A DNA stretch of 63,525 nucleotides, counting the filler, from Reclinomonas americana ATCC 50394 (taxonomy: Eukaryota), in NCBI GenBank assembly GCA_048213135.1. It is 13 parts of 9 records of this genome, joined end to end, with 100 filler letters (N's around TTAATTAATTAA, not from the genome) between each part and the next. Parts side by side here need not be neighbours in the genome. Positions count along the whole stretch, not along the records: positions 1 to 7,548 come from PS015753.1; positions 7,649 to 9,544 come from AFZH01015413.1; positions 9,645 to 11,382 come from PS015754.1; positions 11,483 to 20,387 come from PS015754.1; 9 more parts are not named here. One strand, written 5' to 3'. The position numbers and the translations under genes are program-made. Shown here piece after piece: positions 1 to 12,738 of this stretch. Each line of letters begins with the position of its first letter. The first letter of the stretch is position 1. The notes beneath the pieces are model-generated. The model saw only the letters and a program-made list of their open reading frames with translations, was not told where the DNA came from and ran no database searches.

Positions 1-15
1 GACAGTGGGGCAGGC

Positions 16-1332
16 TTGAAGACGGGAGCAAGCACAGTTGTATTACGCACCACGACGACGAAGACGACGAGTGCTCGGAAGAAGAGACCGAGTAAGCCCA
101 ATGCAGCNNNNNNNNNNNNNNNNNNNNNNNNNNNNNNNNNNNNNNNNNNNNNNNNNNNNNNNNNNNNNNNNNNNNNNNNNNNNNNNNNNNNNNNNNNNNN
201 NNNNNNNNNNNNNNNNNNNNNNNNNNNNNNNNNNNNNNNNNNNNNNNNNNNNNNNNNNNNNNNNNNNNNNNNNNNNNNNNNNNNNNNNNNNNNNNNNNNN
301 NNNNNNNNNNNNNNNNNNNNNNNNNNNNNNNNNNNNNNNNNNNNNNNNNNNNNNNNNNNNNNNNNNNNNNNNNNNNNNNNNNNNNNNNNNNNNNNNNNNN
401 NNNNNNNNNNNNNNNNNNNNNNNNNNNNNNNNNNNNNNNNNNNNNNNNNNNNNNNNNNNNNNNNNNNNNNNNNNNNNNNNNNNNNNNNNNNNNNNNNNNN
501 NNNNNNNNNNNNNNNNNNNNNNNNNNNNNNNNNNNNNNNNNNNNNNNNNNNNNNNNNNNNNNNNNNNNNNNNNNNNNNNNNNNNNNNNNNNNNNNNNNNN
601 NNNNNNNNNNNNNNNNNNNNNNNNNNNNNNNNNNNNNNNNNNNNNNNNNNNNNNNNNNNNNNNNNNNNNNNNNNNNNNNNNNNNNNNNNNNNNNNNNNNN
701 NNNNNNNNNNNNNNNNNNNNNNNNNNNNNNNNNNNNNNNNNNNNNNNNNNNNNNNNNNNNNNNNNNNNNNNNNNNNNNNNNNNNNNNNNNNNNNNNNNNN
801 NNNNNNNNNNNNNNNNNNNNNNNNNNNNNNNNNNNNNNNNNNNNNNNNNNNNNNNNNNNNNNNNNNNNNNNNNNNNNNNNNNNNNNNNNNNNNAACAACA
901 ACAGCAGCAGCACCAGCAGCAGCCACAGAAGACAGTGGTGGAGCAGGCTTGGAGGTGCAGATGGGAGCAAGCACAGTTGTATTACGCGGCCACGAGGAGA
1001 CGTCTGCTGCCACGACGACGAAGACGACGAGTGCTCGGAGGAAGAGACCGAGTAAGCCCAATGCAGCAGCAGCAGCCACAGAAGACAGTGGAGCAGGCTT
1101 GGAGGTGAAGATGGGAGCAATCACAGCTGTATTACGCGGCCACGAGCAGACGTTCGCTGCTGCTACGACGACGAAGACGACGAGTGCTCGGAAGAAGAGA
1201 GCAAGCGGTTCTTCCCCTCCACCGAGTGAGTCCAATGCAGCAGCAGCAGTAGAGGACAAGGTGAAGGGGAGTGTGCGGCCGGCAACGCGGAGACGAACAC
1301 GCCCGCGCAAGTCGCTCATTAAAAACGACTAG
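16..1332 (+). CDS. Low-complexity protein fragment built of ~50-55-aa tandem repeats (TTTKTTSARKKRPSKPNAAAAATEDSGAGLEVKMGASTVVLRGHE); gap in the middle
   Basis: The same unit recurs before and after the N gap in one open frame; stop at 1330-1332; no family recognised. Confidence 0.4.
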   Translation: MKTGASTVVLRTTTTKTTSARKKRPSKPNAXXXXXXXXXXXXXXXXXXXXXXXXXXXXXXXXXXXXXXXXXXXXXXXXXXXXXXXXXXXXXXXXXXXXXXXXXXXXXXXXXXXXXXXXXXXXXXXXXXXXXXXXXXXXXXXXXXXXXXXXXXXXXXXXXXXXXXXXXXXXXXXXXXXXXXXXXXXXXXXXXXXXXXXXXXXXXXXXXXXXXXXXXXXXXXXXXXXXXXXXXXXXXXXXXXXXXXXXXXXXXXXXXXXXXXXXXXXXXXXXXXXXXXXXXXXXXXXXXXXXXXXTTTAAAPAAATEDSGGAGLEVQMGASTVVLRGHEETSAATTTKTTSARRKRPSKPNAAAAATEDSGAGLEVKMGAITAVLRGHEQTFAAATTTKTTSARKKRASGSSPPPSESNAAAAVEDKVKGSVRPATRRRTRPRKSLIKND

Positions 1333-1939
1333 TCAGTCGTGCTTTTGTGTCGACATGTTCAGCGCACACGTGACAAAGAGCTCCATCGATTGTGCGCAGG
1401 GAGCGTCGTTGTTCCCTGTGTAAAGCATGCGCAGTGAGCGGGCGGGAGGGGGGAGAATGAGGGAAAGAGACGAGAGAGACCATTGCGATCGAGGCAGTCG
1501 GCAAGTCGCTTCGATGATTCCTTGCACATGCGCTCCAGCTTGACGAGTCTTGCGAGTGGGGAGCATGCACTTGAGTGACGACATCAGTGATCACTCACAC
1601 ACACACACACGTGCGCGCGCACCGAGTGGAGATGCAGTGTTGCATGTCGGCGAGCTGTTTGCGACAGGCCTGACTCGGCTCGCGAGCGGCATGTGCGGGC
1701 GGCTGTGAGAGGGAGGCAAAGTAGCACGTGTCCACGCACGCAGAAAAGGCGGCGTAGTGGCGACTGCAGGTGGTGTCACACACGTGTGCAATGAGGCGTT
1801 CCATGCGTGTTCCAAAAAGAGTGTGTGGTGAGTGGAGTTGTCCCATCCGGCTCCAAATTCATTACGTGCCGTACACGTGAGGAGAGACACAGAGGGTAGA
1901 GAGCAGACAGCAAGGCGCATTAATTGGCACTTGCGGGTA

Positions 1940-4900
1940 TTAGTTCTTCCAGATGAAGACGTTGTCGTCGATCTCGTTGCAGATGCCGGTGTTGAGGCGA
2001 ATGATGTTGGAGAGGCGAATGGTCTCCAGCTGCGCAAGGAACTTGCCGCCAAACACACGCTGGTACCAGAAGCTGCGAGAGAGAGGAGTGACGGTGAGTT
2101 CCAGTCGATAAAACGTCGCTTCTGTGTTCTCTGTTGCACCCACCGATCGCCGTCGCGCAGACGCTGGAACTGATCGCGCCTGCGCCGTGACGAGAACCAA
2201 AACATAAAACCGAGTCAGAAGCACAACGCAAGAGAGCGCCTTGCTGCTGCCCGCAAAGCAACGCAACAAAACCGCTTGGAACAGCGGTCCGACCATGCCA
2301 CCTGCAATGTGGTCCTCGGCCAGACCACCGACAATCACGTCAATGTCGTCCACCGTCGCGTAGACCGAGGCCAGACGCGCCGCCACAGCAGGGTCGCTCG
2401 TCACCTGCCCAGCAATCACCGTCAGGAGTGACGGCCGTGATGGTGAAGCGGGGGGATGGACGCAACGTCGTTAAAGCTCTTCGGCACCGGCAGACCGTAC
2501 GCCCAGCGGAAGAAGTTGTACGTGGGAAGACCTGTGAGATCGTGTACATGAGGAGCAGAAACGGGAAGGATGAGTTATGTGAAAGGAACGCACCGTGGTC
2601 GCGACCGCGCTGAATGTTCAGAGCCATGAGATCCGCCTGACTGCACACAGCACAGATGACCGCGTGTGAGCACAGCATGCGCTACGGTCGGTGAGCGTGA
2701 CAATCTTGCCGCATGGCCACGCAACGCATTGAGCTCCTTGAAGAGCAGATTGCGAACTGCATACATTAAAAACAACAACAATAGTAAGTCACTCGTACTA
2801 CATGTGGAGAGCGAGATGGCAGAGTACGCACTGTCGTCGACAAACTGCAGATCGAGGCGCTGAGCCTGTGTATCCGCATCAAGTCCACTCGAGAATGTGA
2901 GAATCCGGCACGAATGGAGGTCGAGCTTTATGATCAACGTACCCGCTGGACTCCCAGACCACGCAGCACAGGATCCAAGCCGCCCTCATTGGCGAGGATG
3001 CTCGGGTTGAAGAACGATCGGCGAATCGGCAGCGGACCATACGAGATGGGCTTCAGGTACGAGTCGACGCGCAGAATGTTTGCCGAGATCATCGTGTGGC
3101 CCTACACGAGCAGAGTGTGAGAGAGTCCATGAGACATGTCATGACAGCCGTGGCTTATAACGCACCAGGCGGAAGGCAGCAGTGGAGAACAGAACCGATA
3201 TGCTGCGAGAGAATTTCTGTCAGCAAGACGGGTGGACGACAAGTCAGCAGCTCTACTACTGGCACAACCCACCTCGGATTGACGCCGGGCATGTAGCCAG
3301 CGTACGGAGGCAAGGGGTTCGGGCCCAGGATCAGAGGCAGGAACTCCTTGTCTGCACGGAGGAAAGTCGTGAGTGAAAGATAAGTGTGTGCAGTTCTAAC
3401 ATCAGTGCGCGCGCAGAGGACGCACAAGTGATGATCTGGATCTCGGCACCCACAATGGCACGAGCGGCTGCGAGTTGACGAAGGAGATGAGTACAGTGAA
3501 GCACAGTTTCGGGTTTGACGGCACAAACTCAACTCTGGAACAGAGTCTCGTCGTTCCACTCCGGGTGCTGCAGACAAACGACCGTGAGGACTCGTCAAGG
3601 TAGACCAGACGGGAGGGTAAAAGGACCACGCAGAGGCGGGAAAAGAGCGACATACGCGAGAAGTAGAGAAGCTACGAGGACCAATAGGCGAGAAAGAGTC
3701 GAGAAAGAAATGAGCAATCAGATTGGTGGGTACTACTCACCGCCTTCTTCAGGGCACGAGCCAGGCGATTGTGTTCACGCATGAACAGGATGTGCACTGC
3801 CAGCAGTCCAATCTGCACACGCAAGGTGAGGAGAGAGTTCGCTTCATCACAATAAGTGGGTTACACGTCGACGTCACCTGCTCGTTCGGGCGAATATCGC
3901 CAGCGACGTACATGTTGGGGTTCTTGCCGCCGTCGGGAGCGTTGGCCATACCTGCGACAGCCTCAATTCGTGAGCACATGAAGACAGAGAAAATACAAGG
4001 GAAGGGTTGGGGGGAGCATACCGCCAGTGTTGTACGGCAGGTAGTCGCCGTCGGGGCCGGGCGATGTCTTGAGCAGGCCATCGTAGCCAGTTCGCAGAGC
4101 TGTGCCGAGGCGTGTGAGACGAAGACAAGAAGCATTGCCGCCGTCAAGTGACACACTTACCTGCAGCGCGCGCATCATCCGAGCCGTAGACCATGCTTGC
4201 GTCGAGGAAGGCAGTGAGCTTGTTGATCTGCAAGCCAACCACAGGAGTGAGGTGAATGAAAGTTAAGAGATAGTGATTACAGCACGCACCGGAACACGAG
4301 GCGCCGAGCTGCTCACGCCAGTGCCAGTGGCAAACACGCTGCGGTTGAAAGGGATGACCTTCGTGCCAGTGTTCCTGTGCGTGAGTGGCATAAGTGACCA
4401 GTTGCACACCGGCAAAGTATGCCTGCAAAGCAGACGCAACTGCGGATCGAAAATCGGATCACCGGCCGGGATCGGGATCGGCAGCGGCATGTTTGGGTCG
4501 TCGGGTGTCAACGTCATGTCATCTGCGATGAAGAATGGAAGAAGGGAATTGAGTGCACGACCAGCCGCCGGTGAAACGACACACGACGCATTGCGCAACG
4601 GTCGATGAATTGACCTGTGACGATGACAGCGGTCAGCGCAAGCGAGGGACAAAGAATAGAGGGGGAGAGGTTGTGCTGGGAGACTCACCCCACTGCCACA
4701 ACCAGTCACTGGCGCCCAGCTCGTTCTCGGTGTTGTACGACTGCGCCGAGACAGCATTGCTGATCGCGCGCTGCATCAATCCATCCAAGCGAGAGTCAGC
4801 ACCCACAGCACCACAGCAGAGAGAGAAAGAGGGAGGGAGGGATGTGACAGCGTCTCACCGGGTTGGGTCCGTCGCGTGGCTGCCCAATGCCGTCCTTGTA

Positions 4901-5382
4901 GAGAGGAGGGAGGATGCGAATTTGCGGCGTGTTGAAGACGCCATTGGGACCCGATGGGCTGTTGTTGCCGCCCGTGAACGTGCGGAAGGGGCTGGTCAAG
5001 ATCTTCGGCAGAGCCCTGTGCACGCGAGAGACGAATATGATAAGTCGTTGCACTCACACACTGATACACCATCGCGCGCGCGAAACTCTTCGGCAAACAA
5101 CTCGTCGGCACTGTGGACACACAGGGAGTCAGCGACAGCGTCACAGAGGTGAGGAGGAGAATGGAGAAGAGGGGACGCAACAATGGCCGGCTCACCAGTG
5201 TCTCGTCTGCGGTGAGAAGGGAGAGAGAGTGAGTGCTGGCGCGAGAGTGTGAGCAACAAAGAACTGCTTCTCTCGCAACTCTCGTCCTCGTAGACATACG
5301 CAGCGTGCACTGCAGTGCAGCACACGAGCAGCGAAAGCAGAAGCAACGCAAGTGCGTGCGAGGAAAACCACGATCGCAGCAT
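1940..5382 (-). CDS. Secreted animal-type heme peroxidase (peroxidase-cyclooxygenase superfamily, peroxinectin-like), ~20 introns
   Basis: Spliced exons give signal peptide MLRSWFSSHALALLLLSLLVCC, WGQFIDHD (distal His), FLDASMVYG, GDIRPNEQ, FMREHNRLA, AAFRLGH (proximal His), DLMALNIQRGRDHGLP, QFQRLRDGDRFWY. Confidence 0.93.
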
Positions 5383-6083
5383 GTGATCACCTTCTCTCCA
5401 CACACAAGAAATAGAGATGTTTTCGCGCCAACACGTAACGGTCGAAATTGTTGCGCAAGTGGCGAGCGAGCGCGCAATGCATTGGGGGACCAACGTGCAG
5501 GAGTGACTATTGAGGTGTGCGTGCGTGAGAGAAGTGAGAGGGAGAGAGAGAGCACGTGTAACTTGATCCCAATCCGAACTTATCACTCAGCGGCTTGTGT
5601 GATTTCGAACCACACAGGCTACAAGGCGAAAGGAGGCGCAGGGGAGGAGGACCATACTGGTGCCAGGGCGCCACATCGAACGCACAGGATCTGGGTTGCG
5701 AAACTACGTGCTGGAGTATCGTAACGATCGCGATCACCGTGGTCACGTCCGTGTTCGGATTTTCGCTGCAGAGGCTTTTCGGGGGTGATCATCACAGGCA
5801 GAGTGCCGACCAGAGAGAAGAAGCCAACAGAAGCGAACCGACGAGGAGGGAGAAGGACACAAGGTCAAGAATCATGATTTCCTCGACTTCGTGTTCGTGT
5901 TCGGTCCTCTCCTCTTTTGCAGAGCTGCAGGCAGCAAAAACGTCTCTTTCTACAGCATCCCTCGCGAGCACAAAGACACTAGCAAGTGCCGGACATGTCG
6001 ACAGACCTTCGCGACCGCACCGTGGTTGTCGCGACAGGAGAATTCGAATCACTGCAGCAGGCGCAGCGACTGAGCGCAGCGAG

Positions 6084-7142
6084 ATGAGCCTGATCCCGTC
6101 GAGCGTCACCCTGGTTACGGGGCCTCACACTCTCGACAAGAAGCGTCTGGAGGAGGTGGCCATGGAGCCGGCGGTGAACGAGATGCCGCCGCGCCGCGTG
6201 CGCCAGCTTCTCGTGCGGCAAGTGCTGGAGGACACGCACAAGGAGACAGGCGCGCCGCCCGACGATGAGCTGGCAGTGTCCATGGATCCTTCGACGGTGG
6301 TGCTGCCGGAGCAGCCGGTTGGCTTTGACTTTACACCGATTGAGTTGTGGGCCATTGTGCAGCGGGTGAGTGAATTCGCTGCGAAGTCCCGCAAAAAAAT
6401 CGATGTTCGAACTCACCTCCAGATCCTGTCTGCGGATGCGCAGCTGGACATCCCGCTGTACAACGACGACGAGCAGAACACACTTATGGGCTGGCTGCAC
6501 GCCATGTGGGACGGGAGCTGGAAGTTCCTGGCCGCCGACGAACTCGAGGCGCTGCAAATCAAGCTACTGCGCCTACTGGCACACCCACTCGACATTATGG
6601 TGGAGCAAAAGGCGACGCACTTGACGCCGGCTTGACAGGCTCACCTCTTCAAGAACCTCCTCGCACAGTACCCGCACTACATTGTGTGCCACGGACCGCA
6701 CCAGGCCGTGCAGCCCGACGAACCCGACATCGGCTCCGGCAAGACGTGGATCACGGTGTCGTTGGGGCGGCACGGTGGCATTTGGTACGTGAATGCGGAG
6801 CCGGCGACAGTGGAGTCGACCCGCGAGCACCCGGACCCGGCGTTTCACAGCGTGGAGTGGGATGGCGTGCTGTACGGCCTCGTGGAGATTGTCGGTGGCC
6901 AGCGCATTTTCCTCGATCCGCAACCTGGAGCCGGCCTGGCCGGTGCCGTGGCCACCGAAGTGGACATTGGCGACGACGAGTGGGTGGAGCGCTGGTTGCC
7001 GGCCTTCATGCCCCTCACCGAGGAGCTCGTCGATCGGATGATTGAGACGCAGACCTCGATGCCGGAGCTGGCGCTCGAGTTTGTACGGCGGACGAATGGA
7101 TCACTGCCGGCGAATGTGCGGGTGATGTGGTGGAGGCGGTGA
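6084..7142 (+). CDS. Hypothetical protein; one continuous frame interrupted by a single TGA (6633-6635) or a 39-nt intron (6600-6638)
   Basis: ORFs 5595-6635 and 6684-7142 share a frame, with GC-rich coding-like codons throughout; no family recognised. Confidence 0.55.
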
Positions 7143-7547
7143 TTCGAAAGAGGGAAGGGGGTGGGCTAGAAAAGTGAGGGAATAAACAAGTACAGTCGAA
7201 TCCATGCTTGTCACCGGCTGTGGTTTCTCTAGCACAAACGCCAGCTGGACGACGTTTTCGACTTTTCTCGCTTTTTTTCGTGACGTCTCAGTTTCTTGTG
7301 CTTTCTCAAGATGGCGACAACAACAATTCATTCACCAACAAACAAGCAGGATGACCAATCATCATGCAACTGTGTTGCTGGTTAATTTGTTGTTGTTCTT
7401 GTTGTTGTACAAAGCCAAAGCCGAGTTGTCCAATATCGATACCGGCCGCGATCACTCAACTCGTCCTCGATCGTCGAGCGGCGGAAAGAGACATCGCCAA
7501 CGTCGCGGAGTCATGCTACACGGTCCTTGCCTTCGACCAGTCCACGA

Positions 7548-7648
7548 ANNNNNNNNNNNNNNNNNNNNNNNNNNNNNNNNNNNNNNNNNNNNTTAATTAA
7601 TTAANNNNNNNNNNNNNNNNNNNNNNNNNNNNNNNNNNNNNNNNNNNN
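7548..7648. other. Artificial contig spacer (N..TTAATTAATTAA..N); also near 9589, 11427, 20432, 24255, 28145, 37099, 41237, 54351, 58467, 60422 and 62290
   Basis: Identical 12-mer with stops in all six frames, always embedded in N runs. Confidence 0.97.
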
Positions 7649-7752
7649 TGTGTACATCTCTCTGTGTGTGTGTTTTTTTGTTGATCTGTATGGGTGTGTA
7701 GTACAAAGAAAAAACAGAAAACTTGTCACATCCTCGACGATTGCTTGTTCAT

Positions 7753-8277
7753 TCACTCACTCACGTTGACATGCTCGGATCGGAACTCGCGAATGATAAT
7801 CGGCACACTGGTCGGCGGTATCTCACCCTCCTCGCACAGCACCAGGTCGATGTGTTCCACGGGTGTGAGGTCGTAGACCAGATTGAGGAGGTTCAGTGGC
7901 GGCAAATCTCGCCAGTCGGCCAGCGGGGCGGAGGATTGGCCGTTCACAAATTGCAACTCGTCGGGGTCGGCCAGCTCGTTCAGGCTCATCGAGTCGAGGT
8001 GGACCTAAGGGGAGGGAAAGGGGGAGGAAAGGGGAAGAGTGAGGGGAAAAGTGAGGGAAGGGGAAGGGGAAGGGGAAGAGAGAGAGAGAGAGAGGGAGGG
8101 GACGAAAGAGAGTGAGGGAAAGAAGAGAGGGACAAGGGGGAGGGCAAAGATAGAGAGGAAAAGAGAGACAAAAGAGGACTGGAAAACGGGAGAGAGAGGA
8201 AAGCGTGGAGGCGACAGCTTCATGCACACGCTGCAGTCATAGAAGAGCAAGCAGAGAGGAAGAGACTGAAACGGGAT

Positions 8278-8309
<32 letters not shown>

Positions 8310-10854
8310 AGGGTTGAGATGACAAAGCACACGCTGCAAACATGTGTGGGTGGAGAGCGAGCGAGTCATAGAGAAGGAAGCAGAGAGAAAGAAACTGAAA
8401 CGGGGGAGAGAGATGGAAGGGTTATCACGACAATGCACACGTATGAGCGAGCTAGTGACAAGGAAGAGCAAGAAGCAGGGAGAATGAGACGAGAAGCACA
8501 GGCGACAAGTGGAGATGGACGGAAGGGGCGGACACGACGAAGCACATGCCTGCAACGTGATCAACAAGGAGAGCGAAAAAAACACACACAGTGAGAGAGA
8601 GAGAAATGGAGAGCGAGGGCGTGAGAATTCAGGATGTGATCAACCCGATGCCATGTGGAGAAAGACAATACAAGGAGAAAGGAAAACAAGAGAAGGAGGC
8701 GGATAAAAGCGCTGTGAAACCGAAGATGGTGACAATGATAATCCCTGCATCATGCACTCACCTTCTCGCAAAACTTGTACGTCTCACACACGCACAACAC
8801 ACTCAGTCGGCTCTGCTTGGCGGTGAGTGCCACCAACGCTGTGCCTGCACGAGCCATCAGGTTGCCGTTGGACAACATGGCGTGTGCGCCGACCAGAACC
8901 AGTGTGACCTGTCACATGATGCACAGTGAGTGGGACAATGACAAGATCTTTCTCTCGAGCCACTCTCAATTCAACGAGCACAAAGGAGAGATGAATAGCA
9001 CCGCACATGTGCGACAAAAGCAAGAAGATTGATGCCAGACATCGCAGACTCTGACGTGAGACAAAATACACACGAGAGCAAGCATGCGCCCAGACATCAT
9101 TTCGCCAGCTTTGGCGACGCTACTGCGCCAAGGGCACATCATGCTGACCAGACGCACGACAATGTGCTACAAAACACAAGCAAGCATGTACAGCTCTCTC
9201 ATTCTCACAAACTGTCTCCTAAGAAGCAAATAGGTGATCGAAAGTGTACTGCAGCGACTACAGCGCGGACATTACTACCCCTGTGCTCTTCATGCGCGAT
9301 GACATCTCTTTCATTCTCTTTCAGTCTCTCTCCCTGTGTCTCACACAGTATCTCCTGTTCTCACAGTCTCCTAGTCTCTCTCTCTCTCCCCTCCAATCTC
9401 GCTCACTTCAGATGCACATCGAAATCACAACGCACCGACTACAGTCTTCTTCACAGCCACTCACAAACTGCTGAGCACACTTGCGCATGGAGACCTTCAT
9501 CTTCCCCTCCCCCTCTCCCCCTCCCCCCTTCCCCTCCCTCCTCGNNNNNNNNNNNNNNNNNNNNNNNNNNNNNNNNNNNNNNNNNNNNTTAATTAATTAA
9601 NNNNNNNNNNNNNNNNNNNNNNNNNNNNNNNNNNNNNNNNNNNNTGAGAGGATGGGTTGGACGAAACGTCTGTGAGGGTCGTGGTCGACTTGTCGTCGCG
9701 CTGGATTTGGGCCTTCAGGGTGCGAATGGCGTTGCCCATGCCGATGCTCTTGGTGCGCGATTGCTCGAGGAAGGTGATCTGGTGGCCGAGATATGTGATG
9801 AGGGCACGCGCATAATCGCTGCGCAAGCGACCGTCTTCCATGGAGGGATCCCAGCCGGCCACCGCCTGCACGAGTATGAGGAAGAGGGGATGAATCACAC
9901 TGCCTCACTCATCCTCGCTTGTCGACAACGCACTCACATCACAAAATGCCTGCAGCATGGCCAGGCAGCGCGCATTCGAGCCAATGATGGTGCCCTGTGA
10001 GTACTCCAGCGCCAGTCGCACGACCGTCGGATGCACCAACGAGTCCTTGTCGGAGAACTTGATGTTCTGTGTGATGCTCGTCTCGCGCTCGTGTTGCGGC
10101 AGGTGCGAGAAGAACTGGTGCTTCTTCTGCAGCTGCGTCCGTACTTTGCGCGCCTTTGGTACAGCTGCCGCCGTCGCACCACTTCCACCCGCCGACGCCC
10201 CTGCCGACGCTGCTCCACCGCCACCGCCGGCGGCGGCAGGAGTTGCCGCAGCAGTCGACGACGAAGACGACGAACCCGTCGATCCACCTGCACCGCCACC
10301 ACCACGCCCACCACCTGCGTGCGACGCCGGCGGACCACCAGACGACACACCATCTCTGCAACAGCCACCATCAGCCACTGTGCAGTCACGGCACAAGAGG
10401 GAAGTCGATCGCAACTCTGGCTTCTTTGCGCTTCTCCGCGCCGCCTTCTCCGCCTTCTTGGCCGCCTTCAGCTCCTTGCCACTGAGCGGCTTGCTCGATC
10501 CATCGGCACCTGCAGCAGCGGCCGGAGCAGCAGCAGACGCAGCAGCTGGAGTCGCACTAGTCGATGACGATCCTGCAGCTGCTGACGGTGCGGCAGAGGC
10601 GGCAGCAGCAGCACTGGAGCCACCCGCTGCCGCGGGTTGCTGTGACGTGGCCAGCGACGAGCGCGGAGGCCGGGCAGCCTTCTCACCTCCTCCCGCTGCA
10701 CCTCCAGCAGCAGCACCACCAGCAGAGGCACCAGCAGATGATCCAGTACCGGAGGACGGTGCATTTCCGCCTACCTCAAAGCCAACTGTGCGCTGTCGCG
10801 GTGTCGGCTCAAAGCGAGTCGCAGCGCGTCCTTGTGAGCGATCCAACGAGTTCT
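7753..10854 (-). CDS. EIF2B4: Translation initiation factor eIF2B delta subunit (multi-exon, spans a gap; 5' end uncertain)
   Basis: FSHLPQ, VHPTVVRLALEY..GTIIGSNARCLAML, SIGMGNAIR.LK, GAHAMLSNG, CETYKF, NEL.DP..L, LNLVYDLTP...GEIPPTSVP; low-complexity N-terminus with KAEKAARR. Confidence 0.9.
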
Positions 10855-11568
10855 CTGCGCGAGAGAGTGTGAGTGAGAGAGGGTGCGAAATGTCGGTCAG
10901 TGGCACTCCCACGCTGCGCCCCAAACGCACACGCACAACGGAGAAGTAGAAGGTGCACTGCTCTCCAGTGCACGTTGATCATCACCACCAAGCACACAAA
11001 CAGAAGAGCGGAGCAGAAGAGGTGCTTTGCTCACACATTGGTCGACAGACAAGAGAGAAGAAGCACAAGGGGGTATCACACGCCTCGATCATCACAGACG
11101 ACAAGCAAAAGGTGGCGCGACTGCACTGCTGTCCCTCACCACTGCAAACACAAAAGAGAGGAGCAGGGGGTGCACATAATCCGCACACTTTGATCACGAT
11201 TGAGGAGAACAAGGAGACCCTCCAAGAGAGAGAGAGAGAGAGAGAGAGGAGGAGAGGAGGAGAGGAGGAGAGAGAGAGAGAGGAGGACGACGACGTACTA
11301 CGACGTCGTTGTCGTACTTAACTTACACCCAACCCAAACGTAGTCGTGGTGGGTGCGACCTAACCTTCCTTCCGTACCTTACNNNNNNNNNNNNNNNNNN
11401 NNNNNNNNNNNNNNNNNNNNNNNNNNTTAATTAATTAANNNNNNNNNNNNNNNNNNNNNNNNNNNNNNNNNNNNNNNNNNNNGAACGAAGAAGACGGAGG
11501 ACGACGACGAGACGTACGAACGTACGTACGACGTAGTAGACGAGAGACGTAGAGAGAGACGAGACGAC

Positions 11569-11601
<33 letters not shown>

Positions 11602-11795
11602 GGAGAGAGGGAGAGAGTGAGAGACAGGGAGCGAAGCTACAGCCTGTTGCACTTTAATCACCCACAAAGTGCTGGGTGTGCACACTTCCTCACTTCGATG
11701 ACCAAGAGACCAAGAGAGACGCACTCTCCACACACACTCATCCTCACAAGAGAGTGGGCGTAGAAGGCGCTCTCTACCCCCCTCTCACTTCCCTC

Positions 11796-12101
11796 TCACT
11801 CGCAGTACTCACCCAATCTCTGCAACGAGGCCTCCGGAGTAAACCCCGCCGCGCGCGCTCTCTCATACGAGCTCCGCGGAGCCGATCCCGATGCGCTTCC
11901 CGCGGAGCCTACAGGCACTGCTGTTGCCGTTGCGCTGCCACCAGAGCCCGATTGGGAGTTTGCGCTCCGCACGGAGATCGGGCGGGCGCTGCTCGACGGG
12001 GAACCGGAACCGGAGGGCGAATTGGCCGAGGCGGCGGAGGCGCGGGAGGCGGCGTTGACGGGTTGTGAGTGCATGGTGAAGGGAACGTTTTGGGAACTCA
12101 T
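11796..12101 (-). CDS. N-terminal exon of an unidentified Ser/Ala-rich protein (truncated by contig end)
   Basis: ATG-started frame MSSQNVPF...ASLQRL followed by a GTGAGT donor; divergent from RPLP2. Confidence 0.35.
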   Translation of the reverse strand: MSSQNVPFTMHSQPVNAASRASAASANSPSGSGSPSSSARPISVRSANSQSGSGGSATATAVPVGSAGSASGSAPRSSYERARAAGFTPEASLQRLGEYCE

Positions 12102-12738
12102 GCCGTCGAGCTCTCTCTCTCTCTCTTGCAAAAGAAGGAAAATTGGGTGTGTGGGACAACACGACAAAACTGAGGGGCTTCGTTGCGCAGTGAGAGGCTG
12201 TGGAGTGCGGACAGTCGTGCAGGCCGTCGCACAGCTGCACGTTGCGTTGCCGTGGGCACAGAATGTAAAGTACGGATCGACGTCGACTTCGATCTCAGTT
12301 TTATCTGCAACTGTGCAAGCAAACGCGCTCTGCCGATGACAAGGTCACCATAGCCTTGTCCTCTGTGAGCTGCATGCGCTCCTTAGCCCGCTTCCCGCCT
12401 TCTTCCTTGCATGCGCGTGCCGGAAACGCTTTCGAATTCTCAATCCGTCGACGTTCTCATTTTTTCATTGCCTCGCGCTCTCACTCTCACGCACGGGCAT
12501 TCCTTTTCACTGGAAAGCCGACAGCGCGCTGGCCTCCCATCCCTCCAGTGACGTCGCAGGATTTTATCGGACGTCCATTGGTCGCCTGTTCACTGAAATC
12601 CACGAGGTGTGAACGAGCGCGGATCACGTCGTTTCCGTTTTCTCTCCTGCCTGCCTCGCCTCACTCATTCATTTCCTGTCCTTCCTTTCGTCGTGCGTGT
12701 CACAGCGTTTCGCTTGCCACAAGGTCACTCGTTCCATC

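Noticed and set aside
4594..4600. Alternative reading of GTTGCG donors as non-canonical TT-starting introns (G exonic)
   Set aside because: Would change invariant residues (distal His of GQFIDH, AHVA, PPDELN) or need non-AG acceptors; GT-AG fits.
7593..7604. Recurrent TTAATTAATTAA palindrome
   Set aside because: Always embedded in N runs; an artificial six-frame-stop contig spacer, not biology.
9957..10949. 330-aa plus-strand ORF overlapping eIF2B-delta
   Set aside because: Antisense shadow of a GC-rich low-complexity exon.
11281..11580. ACG/TACG-rich odd repeats at contig ends (also 58326-58422)
   Set aside because: Follow long (GA)n tracts at read ends; look like low-quality sequencing noise.
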